Assembly (NCBI GenBank): GCA_951406725.2
Contig: OX597820.1
Span: forward strand, 48,546,001-48,610,000
Direction of reading: 5' to 3'
DNA length: 64,000 nt
Origin: Octopus vulgaris
Lineage: Eukaryota
Below the pieces are notes generated by a model. It ran no database searches. It saw nothing but the letters and a program-made list of their open reading frames with translations, and was not told the DNA's origin. How positions within the stretch are numbered: the stretch's first letter is position 1; the number at the start of each line of letters is the position of its first letter. The translations under genes were made by a program, and so were the position numbers. This document shows positions 1 to 12,838 of this stretch, piece by piece.

Positions 1-3
1 GAT

Positions 4-38
<35 letters not shown>

Positions 39-281
39 CATACAATTACACACAGACATACACACACACACACACATATATATATAACAATCAATAAAGT
101 TTTATAACTCATAAATTATCATAATAGACGGTACGCTGAGCATCAGCTTGCTAGAAATAAGAGTTAAAATACTCAAACAAGCCATCAAATTCACTGAAAA
201 TCATACCACAACCAACAAGCATCGAGCAAACGAGCAGAGAAAATTTAACATTTTAACTGAGCTGAAAGGTATAGAATTAGG

Positions 282-321
<40 letters not shown>

Positions 322-979
322 CTGTATCATGATTTCGAATTCTGGATTACTCCTGAATTCTCTTCGCTAAAATCAAACTCGCCTCGTATCCGTTAAGCGC
401 TGAAGAGGTTCAATTGTTTGAGTATTTTAACATCTTTAAACATCTTTGTCATATATTTTTAAATAGCATTTGATTGACTACATGGAAATTTATCCTCTTT
501 CTCTCTGATGAGTTGTTGTATTACCTAATAATGATTATCAATTTTAGATTCCATTTGAAAATGTAATACCTTCACGAAACGATCATAAGATATTTTTAAA
601 AATTTAATTTTTTAAATAAGTATACTTTGTATATTTATACATCTATCTATTAATACAATATTATTTTGGACGTATATCTTATTTGATGATTTTTTGATAT
701 AATTTTCCTGCTCCTAATTTATAATATAATAAACTATCGCTATTATTAAATGTCTAAATACTTTAATATTTTATACATTTCCCTACCAAGAACACTTATT
801 AGAAATTCAGTTTATTCTACTCTCATTGAATATATTTAGACTTGATAAACGATATGTATGTATGTGTACACACACACATACATTTAATTTAGCTTGACCA
901 CATGCCCTCGAGTGGGATGCAGTCTATTGCTGCTTCTTTTTCTACAAATGGTTATTTCGTTAAGAGAATGTTAACAGGC

Positions 980-1700
980 AATGGTGATTACGGTATCCAG
1001 AGGAGAAGTTACGAACTGTAAAATGATTTGGTGTGGTTCATAAAGGTGTATTGTTGGCAGACTCCAGAGACAGACTTGGAGGGCTGACTCATCATTTGAA
1101 TGAAGTGACACAAAGCTCTTAGTACTGAACGAATACAGAGAAGCCGAAAGTTTGGAGATGAGGAAGAAACTAGGACACCACTGCTTATCAGAAGACCAGA
1201 CCATCGACGACATTACCAGACACGAGAAACTTGACGGTATATTTTGCCATAATGGAGATGCGGAATGCGATATCAAATGCAAACTCTAAAATATGATAGT
1301 TTTTGTTTAGACGATGTACAAAATTTGATAAATACACACAATGGATAGAAACATCTAGGTCTGTCTGAACAAGAGTATTGTGTTTCTGAGAGTCATACAT
1401 GCAAGTACAATTGGGAGGTAGACTGCAAAAATTAGCTGACCAAAGAAAACCCCAAGATGTTATCAAATTCCAAAAAACTCTTATGAAGGGTATCATGGCG
1501 AAGAATCCACGATGCTGCTACAGAATGTAATGAGCAGTTCATGTTCTGCAGCAGCCAAATCATTGGCCTGCACGAAAAAAACATTGAACTGGACACCAGT
1601 TTGAGGATGGAGAAATCAAGAATGAACAAGTTTTACAGGATGCCGCTCATTCCAGCGAGGCATCAAAAATGTCAATAGGCAATGGGAAATATTAAAGATA
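980..1700 (+). pseudogene. Decayed RTE-like LINE, RT C-terminal region
   Basis: Broken frames give NGDAECDIKCKL and PARKTLNWTPV-like segments, resembling the RTE RT thumb/C-terminus. Many stops and frameshifts; boundaries approximate. Confidence 0.45.
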
Positions 1701-2055
1701 GATGAGATGATAAAGACTGGAAAAATACTGCAGTCTGATACACAAATATGCCGTCAATAGAATGTGTAGTACATAATTGAGATGTTTGAGTGTGTGCACT
1801 CACGTGTTTACACACACAGACACACACACATACATATACACACACGTACATCATCTGCATGCAGTTTCGTTGAAATCATTACGTGCCCTTCCATTAATGT
1901 GTACCTGTGTGCTTGTGTGTATGTGTGTGAGCGTGTGTACATATGTGCGTAGATATATGTGTGTGCATAATACTTAGTGTGCAAATGATTGTGCGCACGC
2001 ACGACAATATATATTTAAGTTATGTAATAAAGTTTACTCATTATACGTATATCTT

Positions 2056-2099
<44 letters not shown>

Positions 2100-2178
2100 A
2101 ACACACACACACATACTTATACATATATGTATAGTTAAATAGATATATAGTTACATGTACATATATGCATGTAATTAC

Positions 2179-2237
<59 letters not shown>

Positions 2238-3188
2238 CACACATAACGGATGGAAATCAACATCGTGTAAATGAATAAACTTTGTTTCATAAATATATAC
2301 TTTCCTTCGTATCTAAGTACTACTCAGAGACGCATCCGCACAGACACAGTTGCAGAAATATGCGCATACATGCATCTACACACATTTGTACAAGGACTGA
2401 TATTAATAGAGAAACACATAATGAAATCTATATAACTGCTTGCGCATAATCTTTGGTTTGTGTGCATATTTCTGTAAATACTGCAATGAAAATTTATCCA
2501 AAACTATTAGCATTGATATATCAACTGTAATAATACTGAAATATGAGACTGTCCCACCAACGTAATTACAAACTGGAAATGTTCAGACATGTAAGCAATC
2601 GTTACATTTGATACTCGATAGCTTCTGTTTGATTTCCACAGCCACCACAGTAAAGACTTGTTGCCGGCATCCACCATCAGCGCTGCCACCACTTTCACGG
2701 CCACATGTAGCAGCAACATTAACGCTGACATCATCTGTAAGAGAATCGTTTAATTAAGTCATTGTTATAACCATCTCCAACACCACCAACAAGAACAACG
2801 ACCACACAATCACCACAACAACGACCAGGACTGACACCATCATGACCACCACCACCACGTTTTGTACGATCTGTTACAACTATGGACACTGAATTAACGC
2901 AGACAAAATCTCCGGCACAGAAACACAATAAAAATGATTCCAGTAGGTTTCAACTCAGCATCCATAGTCTGGGAGTACAACACTATACGCTTACTTCACA
3001 TTTGCATCTACTTTGTGTTAAGAAGCTGAAGTGGAGCTCCTTAAACATTCCTAATTGTTATTGTTGCTGATTAGCACTTGCAAAGATCATACGAAGTTGA
3101 GTTGTGTTCAAGGCCGGAGAGCAAAACAACATCCATATTACAAAGGGGAAACATAAGTAAATTTAATAATTAAATCTTTTTTCTGCCT

Positions 3189-3610
3189 TTAACCCTCCAA
3201 CGCGGAGTATAGTCCACTTATAATTGAATTCCATGTCGCATAATATTTCGCTTCTGTACTTATACTCTGCCATGAATGTCCCTCTTTCTCTAGTTCTTTT
3301 CGTGTTAATCTACGCCACAAGTCTTAGGCCTACCTTTCTTTCTATATCCATCCTGGTTCCACTGTAAAGCACTTTTCGCTACATTTGGTGTGTCTTTTCT
3401 AATTGTGCTACCAATCCACTTTCATTTTTTGTTAAACATTTGCTCCCTAATCGAAACCTGATTTGTTCTTTACCATCTCTCCATATTGCTTATGTGTTCA
3501 GGCCATCTAATTTTAAATTTACTACACAAGCATCTGTTGATGAATGATTGTATTTGCTTATTTGATTTAACTATTGTTCGCCATGTCTCAGCCCCATACA
3601 TATTTAAGAA
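3189..3610 (-). pseudogene. RTE-clade LINE 3' fragment
   Basis: Minus-strand reading MYGAETWRT..QSFINRCL..IRWPEHISN..KWIG..ALQWNQDGYRKKGRPKT, typical of the RTE ORF C-terminus, with internal stops. Confidence 0.8.
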
Positions 3611-3677
3611 TTGAATATTTAAAGAAAATTATAAAGTTTGTGGAAAAACGCAATAATAATTTCACTGTAGAGATGAC

Positions 3678-3750
3678 TGTCATTACGTCTGACCATGTCA
3701 TAAAAGTGTCATTACATCTGGCCAGGTTATACGCGTGTCAATACATCTGG
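3678..3750 (+). repeat. Short imperfect tandem repeat, ~29-bp unit x2.5
   Basis: Recurring TGTCATTACRTCTGRCCA-like unit. Confidence 0.6.
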
Positions 3751-3964
3751 TGATGTACTGAAAAGTTCCTGGCTTAAGAGTGTCGCGAAAGGCCTGTTTG
3801 GAGGCCCAAGCTTCCGAGTTTTTTTGCGAGGTTTAAAAAAAAACTGAAGGACCGCTGCAGTAAGTGTGTGAATCTGAAAGCGGATTATGTTGAATAAAAT
3901 CATAAATAACTGATCCTTCTGTATTTTCTTTTACCCAAAGTCAAAAACTTTTCAGCACCTCGTA
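3751..3964 (+). mobile_element. Non-autonomous mariner remnant
   Basis: Imperfect TIRs (GTACTGAAAAGTTCCTGGCT / AGTCAAAAACTTTTCAGCACCTCG-TA) and an internal KCVNLKADYVE* matching the mariner transposase C-terminus. Confidence 0.7.
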
Positions 3965-4823
3965 AGTGTAGAATATGCATCAATTATGAAAATCATCATG
4001 GTTATACTGAATTCGTAATGTTGATTATTTCGATCACTTGACTGAAATCTATATATCAATCTATTCCTCGATCAAATTATCATTCTATCTATCAATCAGG
4101 TACGTTACACACAAACGCATATACACAAACACACGCGCACACGATTGTATGAGAATATTTGATTGTGTAAGAAAATCAAAGCTTGGATTGTTTGCCAGAT
4201 AGAAAGATAAAGAAGTCGATACATTTGGAAGGCAAATAAAAGATACATAATTAATGGTTATTAGTAATATAATGGCACTAAACTAGGTTTCAATTAACAT
4301 ATATTTATAAATAAATGTTAGATCGAAGGCGTCTCTAATTATTGGATCTGTGTATAGAATGAATATTGTGAGAATACAGATTTTAGACATGCATATACAT
4401 ACACACAAACGGATACAACAACGTGTGGAGCTAAGATTATATAGTATACATATAATGGAATTCCCTTAATGCATATGCATTGCTATTTAACTTTAAGTAC
4501 GTGTATTTATATCAACAAATAGGTGTGTGTGTAGATAAATTCATATATATATATATATATGTATGTATATACACATACATATATATGCAAATATATGTAT
4601 GTGTCTTCATGTTTATTCATGTACGCACACACACTCATATACATAAATACACACAATATATATTTATATATGTGTGTGTGTGTATAATAATCACATATAC
4701 TTATATATGTATGCGTGCTTAGCTTATACATACGCGAGTAATTGTATATATATATGTAATATATATATATGTATATATATATACATATATGTATATATAT
4801 ATATATATGTATGTACGTATATG

Positions 4824-4878
<55 letters not shown>

Positions 4879-5455
4879 GTATATATATATATTTGCATAC
4901 ATATACGAATTGCTATAAACTATTTTAATAACATCGCTTATATCGAATCAGAACTAGAGAATAAAATTTGCCCTGACTTTTATCAGTGTAATGGGATATT
5001 TGACAGCCTCTTAAGTGTTACTCTTCTTGTCTCCTCTATATTCCTCTATTTTTCTCTTATTTGTGTGATATTAGGTGCTCTTTCCTTTTATTCAGCATTT
5101 ATATTTTGTTTCTGTTATTGTTTTTGTTTTTGCAGTCCTGCTGCTGTGGTCGTTGTCGCTGATGCCATCGATGTTATTATTAATTTTTGTACTTTTTTTT
5201 TTTCAGATGATGAGCCTACCATTATCTAGAAATGTATTGCACTTTAAAGAAATTGATACCACATTCTTCTTTTCACCTACACACGTCCCCACTCTCCACT
5301 TTTTTTTCTGTCTTTAATTATGGTTGGTTTCGTGTGGTGTTGTGTTTTTTTTATTAGCTGTTTTTAACGTGTGCTTATCTGTATTTTCTTACTTCTTATT
5401 GATTGTGGGATATGAAGGTGGTGGCCATTTCTGGTGCAGTTGCCGCTGCTACTGT

Positions 5456-5493
<38 letters not shown>

Positions 5494-5544
5494 GTGGTGG
5501 TATTGATTATTCGCATTCAACATTATAACACTAACGATTGTGGT

Positions 5545-5750
5545 GAAGAGCGGCTGAATTAGTTGTAACGTTAGTGCATCAGACAAAATGCCTTTCAATT
5601 ATATATCGCTTTATATTCAGAGTTCAAATACCACCGAATTCAACTTTACTTTTCATCTCTTCTAGGTCGATAAATAAAGTACCACCTGAGTAGCTGGAAT
5701 CGATACAATCGATTGTATTCTGCCACACACATTTGGTATTGTGCTTTTCA
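5545..5750 (+). mobile_element. Degenerate SINE family A copy
   Basis: Similar to 22195-22400 (GAGTTCAAAT..CTTTTCATC..GGTCGATAAATAAAGTACC). Confidence 0.55.
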
Positions 5751-6229
5751 GAACGAAAATATTTGGAGACCAAGGGTACTGAATTAGCTGAAAGAATACA
5801 GCTTCTGAGAAAATGTCGTTGTATTCAATTTTAACACGTTATGTTCTGAAATTAAATGCGATGCGTGTGACTTTGCTTTCAGACATTCTGCAGTCTCTAA
5901 AATATAATAATAATTCTTGAAATTAGGAATGGATATAATCAAGTCGTTGTCCTCTGCAACTGTTTGGCCTTGACCTATGTTAAGAGATGATACGTTTCGA
6001 TACAGATTTCTTAGTTGTTAGTGATACATACTAATTTATGTAAAAAGGTTTTAATTTTTGACTCAAGGCCAGCTATTCTGGTGAGAAGGGTTAACTCGAT
6101 TACATTAACCTCAGCACTTGAACAATATTTATTTTAACAATTCCGGAATGATACGCTATTCATTTTATGCAGTTTGCAAGTGATCTTTCCAGCTCTCCGC
6201 ATTACTCATCTATTCTTCTATAAGCACTA

Positions 6230-6410
6230 GGCATGGAATTTCTGAGGGAAGGGACTTAGTCGATTACATTGATCCCCGTGCGCAACTGGTATTTATTTTA
6301 TCAACCCGAACAAAATGTGAGGCAAAGTTTGAACTCAGAACATAATAATTCGGAAGGGATGACGCTATTTTATCTGATGGTCTGACAGTTCTGCCAGCTC
6401 ACTACCATAA
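6230..6410 (-). mobile_element. Degenerate SINE family A copy
   Basis: Reverse complement matches the family A head (GAGCTGGCAGAA) and body. Confidence 0.55.
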
Positions 6411-6733
6411 ACCGCTGCCTTACTAATCGATGTAATAATAGCAGGTATATAAAGTTTTTGATTAGCATGCTGTTGTTCTTCAGTTACAAGTCAACCAACA
6501 CCCAACTCACCTCTGACCATCCGGTTTTTCTCATACGTGAAGTTAAAACTTGCCCATCTTATTCAATGCATATTTTTCTAAGATGATACGGCGCAATTTG
6601 AAGGAACTGTACACGCTTTGCCTTGCAAACCGATCTACCTAGTTAAGGCTCTATCGCTCACTCGTTGTTGTTGATAGTATTAGTGGTAGTGATTCTGGAA
6701 GTGCTTGGTTTATTATAATGTTTCATTATGTCA

Positions 6734-7320
6734 GGCGGCGAGCTGACAGAAATGTTAAGACACCTAGGGAATGCTTAGCGGTATTTCGTCTGCCACTATG
6801 TTCTGAGTTCAAATTCCGCCGAGGTCGACTTTGCCTTTCATCCTTTCGGGGTCGATAAATTAAGTTCCAGTTACGCACTGGGGTCAATGTAATCGGCTTA
6901 ATCCGTTTGTCCGTCCTTGTTTGTCCCCTCTGTGTTTAGCCACATGTGGGTAGTAAAGAAATAGGTATTTCGTCTGTGTTTACGTTCTGAGTTCAAATTC
7001 CGCTGATGTTGACTTTGCCTTTCATCCTTTAGAGATCGATAGATTAAGTACCAGTTACGCACTGGAGTCGATGTAATCGGCTTAATCGGCTTAATCCGTT
7101 TGTCTGTCCTTGTTTGTTCTCCGTGTTTAGCCCCTTGTGGGTAGTAAAGAAATAGGTATTTCGTCTGTCTTGACGTTCCCAGTTCTAATTCAGCCGAGGT
7201 CGACTTTGCCTTTCATCCTTTCGTGGTCGATAAATTATGTACCAGTTGCGTACTGGTGTCGATCTAATCGACTGGATCCTCCCCCAAAATTTCGAGCCTT
7301 GTGCCAAGAGAAGAAAACAG
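6734..7320 (+). mobile_element. SINE family A, one head plus three body units
   Basis: tRNA-like head with B-box-like GAGTTCAAATTCC. The body (GTCGACTTTGCCTTTCATCCTTTCGGGGTCGATAAATTAAGTACC, resembling the Deu/Nin-type SINE domain from memory) occurs three times. Possible TSD CATTATGT at 6724-6731 and 7326-7333. Confidence 0.85.
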
Positions 7321-8102
7321 AATTCCATTATGTAATATATGTATTTTATCTCTTATTATAAAAGGCAGATTTTATCTGCCTCCCTTTGGGAGTTATACAA
7401 ATCTACAATATAGGATTTCTTCAATTACAATTTACCTAGCATTTTTAAGAGTACAACGCATCGCGTCATGCCAGGTCCAGTTTTTAAAATTTAAACTCCA
7501 ATTAAGCAAAATTTACAGAAAACTCACATTCTGGTGTGTGTGTCAAATGCTTTTCTTAGTCTGGTTTACAGCACACGCAAACGCACACACACAGTGTGCA
7601 ACGAATAAAGTGAGACTAGATGTAATATTTGTTTCTCTCTATCATGCTGATAGATACATGAGTAAAATGTATGGGAAGCTAACAGATAAGAGTGAGTGAA
7701 AATGTTCTTGGAAGAGAGTAAATTAGCGACAGTATGAAACAGTGTTTATGTATAAACAGACGACACTTATATAAACCCTTTCGTTACCAAACCGCCCGAA
7801 TTTACCTATTCATATTTAAATGAGAATATCAGAGTAAATCTCTTTAGTACATTCGTGAAAACACGTATTATACTTCGTAAACACTTCAAATACAGTTTTG
7901 TACAAAAATCGAAGTGTAATTTTAATTCCGTGAATTATGGGAGATTTTTTTCCAAAATTTGTTCCTATTGTGTTTTCAAAATTTGTAATTCTGACAAAAA
8001 ATGGATACGAATTTCATTATATCAAGCAGCGAGTCAGAATTCGAAGGATTTTCTACTGAAGACCTTCATAAATCTAACTCTATGACTGAAAAAAAAAAAG
8101 CA

Positions 8103-8498
8103 TCTTTATATAAGAGTGAAGTTGTGTGTCTGTCCCGTTCGATTTAGATTCGTAACTACTCCCACATTTTGCGGTGCAGTTTAACCAAAAGCGGGTATCT
8201 TATAGTGGTGATTCATATCGAGCCCTTCTGGGTATTAGCGCGCGTCTACGATGAGTCTACGATTTAAAAAAAATTTACCATCATATTTTTCCATTTTAAT
8301 GCATTTTTTTCGCTTTTATATAAGGGAAGTAACTCTCTAAAAATATCTACGATGTGTCAACGATTTAAAAAAAAAATTTACCTTAATTTTTTTTCAATTT
8401 TTAATGCATTTTTTGCTATTTTTTGGCTATAACTCTCTAAAAATGCTTATATAGTTATTTCCCTTACAAACCCGAGCAACGCCGGGCGATACTGCTAG
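8103..8498 (+). mobile_element. Non-autonomous Helitron
   Basis: 5' TC after a host A, 3' hairpin CCCGAGCAACGCCGGG then CTAG before a host T, no TSD. Internal ~100-bp direct duplication (8245-8342 / 8346-8442). Confidence 0.85.
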
Positions 8499-9784
8499 TC
8501 ACATATATTATTATAATATATACGTAACGTAAGTTTATTATAATATATGTAATGTATGTTTTGTTACGATAGAGGTAGGTATTGCATACGGCTGAGAAAT
8601 TGAATTGTTATTATTAAGCTTACAAGCAATATTCCGCAATTTTTTTTAATAAACCGTCATTTTATGGGGCAAATTTCACCTTACCTTATTCAATATTTTC
8701 AATTTGAGGAAAAAGTGGTGTCATTTTAAGAATGTTGACCGTGCATCCGCAAAAACCTTTATTCCACTTTCCCCCACTATCTCTGTACGTCTGTTTGTTA
8801 CCCTATCACTCTCTCTATTTCTCTCTTTGTCTCTCTCTCTCTTTCTCTGTCTATCTCCCACCTTTTTCTCTCCACCTCTCTCCCTCTCCCCTATCTCTTC
8901 CTCTCCCCCTCCTCTCTCTCTCTCCCACTCCTCTCTCTCTCTTTTCGTCTCCTCTCTCTCCCTCTCTCCTCACTGTCTCCCTACCCCCTTTCTGCTTTAT
9001 GCGATGTCGTCTACTGTCTTTGTTTTGAAACTCTGTGTAGCATAAATTTTAGTAATCCTATTTACTTGAGGAAGTTTCAACGGCCATAATTTTGGACAAT
9101 ACGCTTGATAGATGACATCTTGCAATTAAATTAGTGTCACGGTCTTTTCTTTTTATATTACGCAGCTGAATAATCAGGTTTTTACTGTTATATAACAATT
9201 ATATCTAGTTTTCCGTTGTAGCTTATTTAGCTGTTTATGACTTTTAAAAAGTAACTTCCTGAAACATCATTGTGTACAAAACCCGACAAATTTAAAGAAT
9301 TTAATAACTGGGCAAACTCAGGATTCAAAGCCACCTGCGACCTCTGAGAGTTTGAAGTGTGGCCTGGATGAAGCAATCACTATTTCAGAAAACAAAATGT
9401 GGATACTATAATATTATACTTTCCATAATAGTTTTAAAAATTCCTCGACAATATCAAGAAAATCAAATTACCTTCATATTTTTATATTAATATTTATAAT
9501 ATTTTCATAATAAATTTAAGAACAGATATTTTGTGTTACATTTTAATTTTGCTTGCATTTTGTTGATTTGGTGAATTAAACTTTGAAAGAAACACCCTTT
9601 GACATAGGTAAAGGATGAAAATTGCAACTGTCTTTAAATCATCGTGAAAAATCCAAAGCAAGAAACCAGGTGTGTTGTGTGTGTGTGCGTCTGTGTTTGT
9701 GTACACACACACACATGCAGATGTATATGAATTGCATCTAGTCACCTTAATTTATATATATACATACACACATATATACATGTA

Positions 9785-9842
<58 letters not shown>

Positions 9843-9946
9843 AAGAGTAAATATATGGCACAACGAAGTACCGATATTTACTGGAAATAGCGAACGTAAC
9901 AATACGACGCTAATGTATAGCTTCACACTCTAGTATTGCATTACTA

Positions 9947-9977
<31 letters not shown>

Positions 9978-10249
9978 GGTATACATATACACACGTATAT
10001 GTATACACACGTGTATGAATATGCATGTATGCCTTCGTTTGCGTGACCAAGCGGCTGTTCGCCTATGCACGTTGACCTACTTTCATCCTCTGTATCGTTT
10101 TTCATCATATTTTCTCTTTACAGTAAAGAGAAAACCATTACCGATTAAGCAAATACAAGGAAGACCTACAAAACGAAAAAAAAAAAAACCAAGAAGAGTT
10201 AGGACACTTTAAATGAAGCACAAACACCTAGAAGTATAATGACTCAGTG

Positions 10250-10570
10250 TTTAGACAAAAAAAGATCGTAGAGAAAGAAAAACGCAAATGTTCAAACCAA
10301 AATCACAATGTAATAACAATGCTCCCATAAAGACTGTGAATGCTTACAGAAATATATAACGACAGTAGTGTAATCACGACTTGGAATTACATTTAAAAAT
10401 TGTTCTACCACAAACAAAACAGCAGATAAAGGAATCTGGAATTAAGACAGAAAACAATCGACAGTGGATATTCTAAGAAACTAATAGACTAAATCGTAGA
10501 GCAATACAGATATTATACAATGCAATAAATATATCTGACACAGATCCTAAAAATATACTCAAATGCCATA
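10250..10570 (+). pseudogene. Highly decayed Penelope-like GIY-YIG region
   Basis: Fragments resembling ECLQKYI, GITFKN, WELRQK..W.IL and DPKNIL in the expected order; heavily broken. Confidence 0.35.
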
Positions 10571-11659
10571 TGAAAGGCGTTTATGAATCCAATATATACT
10601 AATTAATGAAACACAGGAACATTACTGGCAAACACATTGAAAAATTCTCTGATTGATTCACTGCCTGCCAAATACGGGGCAATGGTGTCTTATACTTAAC
10701 AGAAGACAAAATAATAAGCATCAATTATAATAAACACTTCGCTATATATAGTGATACACACTATCATAATTCGCATGATTATCAAATGTTGCAGATTACA
10801 ACAATATACCAATGTTTGTATATGCTTGTATGTTTATATCTATCTTTGTTAATTATCTCATTTCACAAATTATATATCTATGCATAAATATGTGTATTTG
10901 TATGTGTCTAACTATTAGTCATTTCCACATTCTTTTTAATACATACATACAGACAGTCATACATACATAATATACATATATATATTAATATGTGTGTGTC
11001 AGATTGTGTGTTGGTGTATGTATCTATACATCTATATTAGCCAACTCATTTGACAAATAAGCTCAATTTATTACACAGTAGTTACTGATATCTATAAATA
11101 CATCAAAGTACATATATCATACATGCTTATATGCATACACACACATATACACACATATATGTATGCTTGTGTATATATATATATTGGGTGTAGGATGTAC
11201 ATATATTGGGGGAGATGTATGCTTGCATATATGCTAAACTAATAACTGCCTGAAAGCGAAAGCAGGTTGTCAAGTATTCAAATTTACGCGGTGAGGATCC
11301 CATAAATCTTTTGTACATATTATCCTTGTTTTTATCCTTATTTCAATAAATCCTAATTCTGTAATCCTTTTGTTTACACGATTCTTCTTATTCTTCTATA
11401 GCGGAGGCAACGCGTAGGAAGATACCTCAACTAATGTCCTTTCAATATTTTCACTGCATTTGTGGCTCAACACTTATTCCGCACAGTTTGATGTCTCATT
11501 GAATATATCACTTCAACGTTATTTATTATATCTTGCTCTCATTATTGCATATATATGTTTTATATAGTTATTTGACTGTCCCTCACTTTCATTCTCTTAC
11601 ATTTTCTCAAGGTATATGTGTGGATATGTGTGTGTGTGTATGTGGTTATATGCATACAT

Positions 11660-11936
11660 AAAGATCTTCTTCGGTCATGAATGACTATGGTATTGCACCT
11701 GGAAAGTTCCCCTCCGAGGCATAAGTCCGGGTAGCGTTGTTTATGGAAGATCAGCAGTCGCCCATGGATACCACCCTCTCCTCTCCACGTTACCGATTAT
11801 ATCTAAGGGAGAGGCAAACGTCGATACAACATGGCATTAGTGACGTCACAACTCATTTCCACGGCTGAGTGAACTAGAGCAACGTGAAATAAAGTGACTT
11901 GCTCAAGAACACAACACATAACCTGGTCCGGGAATA
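11660..11936 (-). mobile_element. SINE family B, 5'-truncated
   Basis: Colinear with 15410-15690. Confidence 0.8.
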
Positions 11937-12085
11937 TGCATACATTTATTATATATATATGTATGTGGAGGCGGGTGTGTGTGAGTATGAAGAGACACAT
12001 GCATATATATCTTTACATATGTAAGTATGCATACATATACAAGTAGGTACTCGTATATAAAATTAATTGTAGTAATGCATGTAAA

Positions 12086-12215
12086 TTAGCGGTTCGGCAA
12101 AAGAGACCGAAGCAATAAGTACTAGGCTTACAAAGAATAAGTCCTGGGGTCGACTTGCTCGACTAAAGGCGGAGTTCCAGCATGGCTGCAGTTAAATGAC
12201 TCAAACAAATAGGAG
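12086..12215 (+). mobile_element. SINE family C 3' fragment
   Basis: Matches the 3' parts of the copies at 21570, 46096 and 61715. Confidence 0.75.
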
Positions 12216-12216
12216 A

Positions 12217-12309
<93 letters not shown>

Positions 12310-12556
12310 ATTTTTTTATATTTACTAGTATTATTACTAGTATTGTTATACATACATACAAGCATATGTAATGATAATAATAAGTGGATGTAAACACATG
12401 AACAGAATAAGAATAAACAAAAACAACAACAACAAAAACAAATTACATGAACGTATATAAACAGAAGATACAAATATTACAGGCATCCCCCACACACACA
12501 CTAAATAAACTTAGACGCACATAGAGATATAAGCATGCGCAAATGAAGACATACAA

Positions 12557-12838
12557 TAGAAATACAAAATGGCTGACGGTTAGTAAGGAGATACACAAAT
12601 AAGAAAGAAGAAAACAAAGGACTACTGATGCGGTCACAGGAGTGTGACGAAAGAACTCTGGCCGAAATAAGATTAAGATTAATGTAAAAAATAAATAACA
12701 CTGAAGCAAAATAACACCAAATATATATTGCGTGTGTTTTTATTGGCTAAACTGGCAAAATGACCATTCCGAAATATAACAATATCTGTTTCAACACCCG
12801 ATCTCACATAAAAAATCTTGCACAACAAATATGTAAAC
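12557..12838 (+). repeat. Dispersed repeat (probable PLE terminal fragment), copy 1
   Basis: Colinear with 27690-27956; contains a hammerhead-like motif. Confidence 0.75.
12619..12663 (+). ncRNA. Type I hammerhead-like motif (A9 replaced by C)
   Basis: CTA-CTGATGC-G-GTCACA ggag TGTGAC-GAAA-G aa C-TC-TGG: 6-bp helix II and a CUC triplet. Confidence 0.5.

Noticed and set aside
3678-3750. Repeat-spacer look resembling a CRISPR array
   Set aside because: Only ~2.5 units, the 'spacers' are short and similar to each other, the context is eukaryotic and there are no cas genes.
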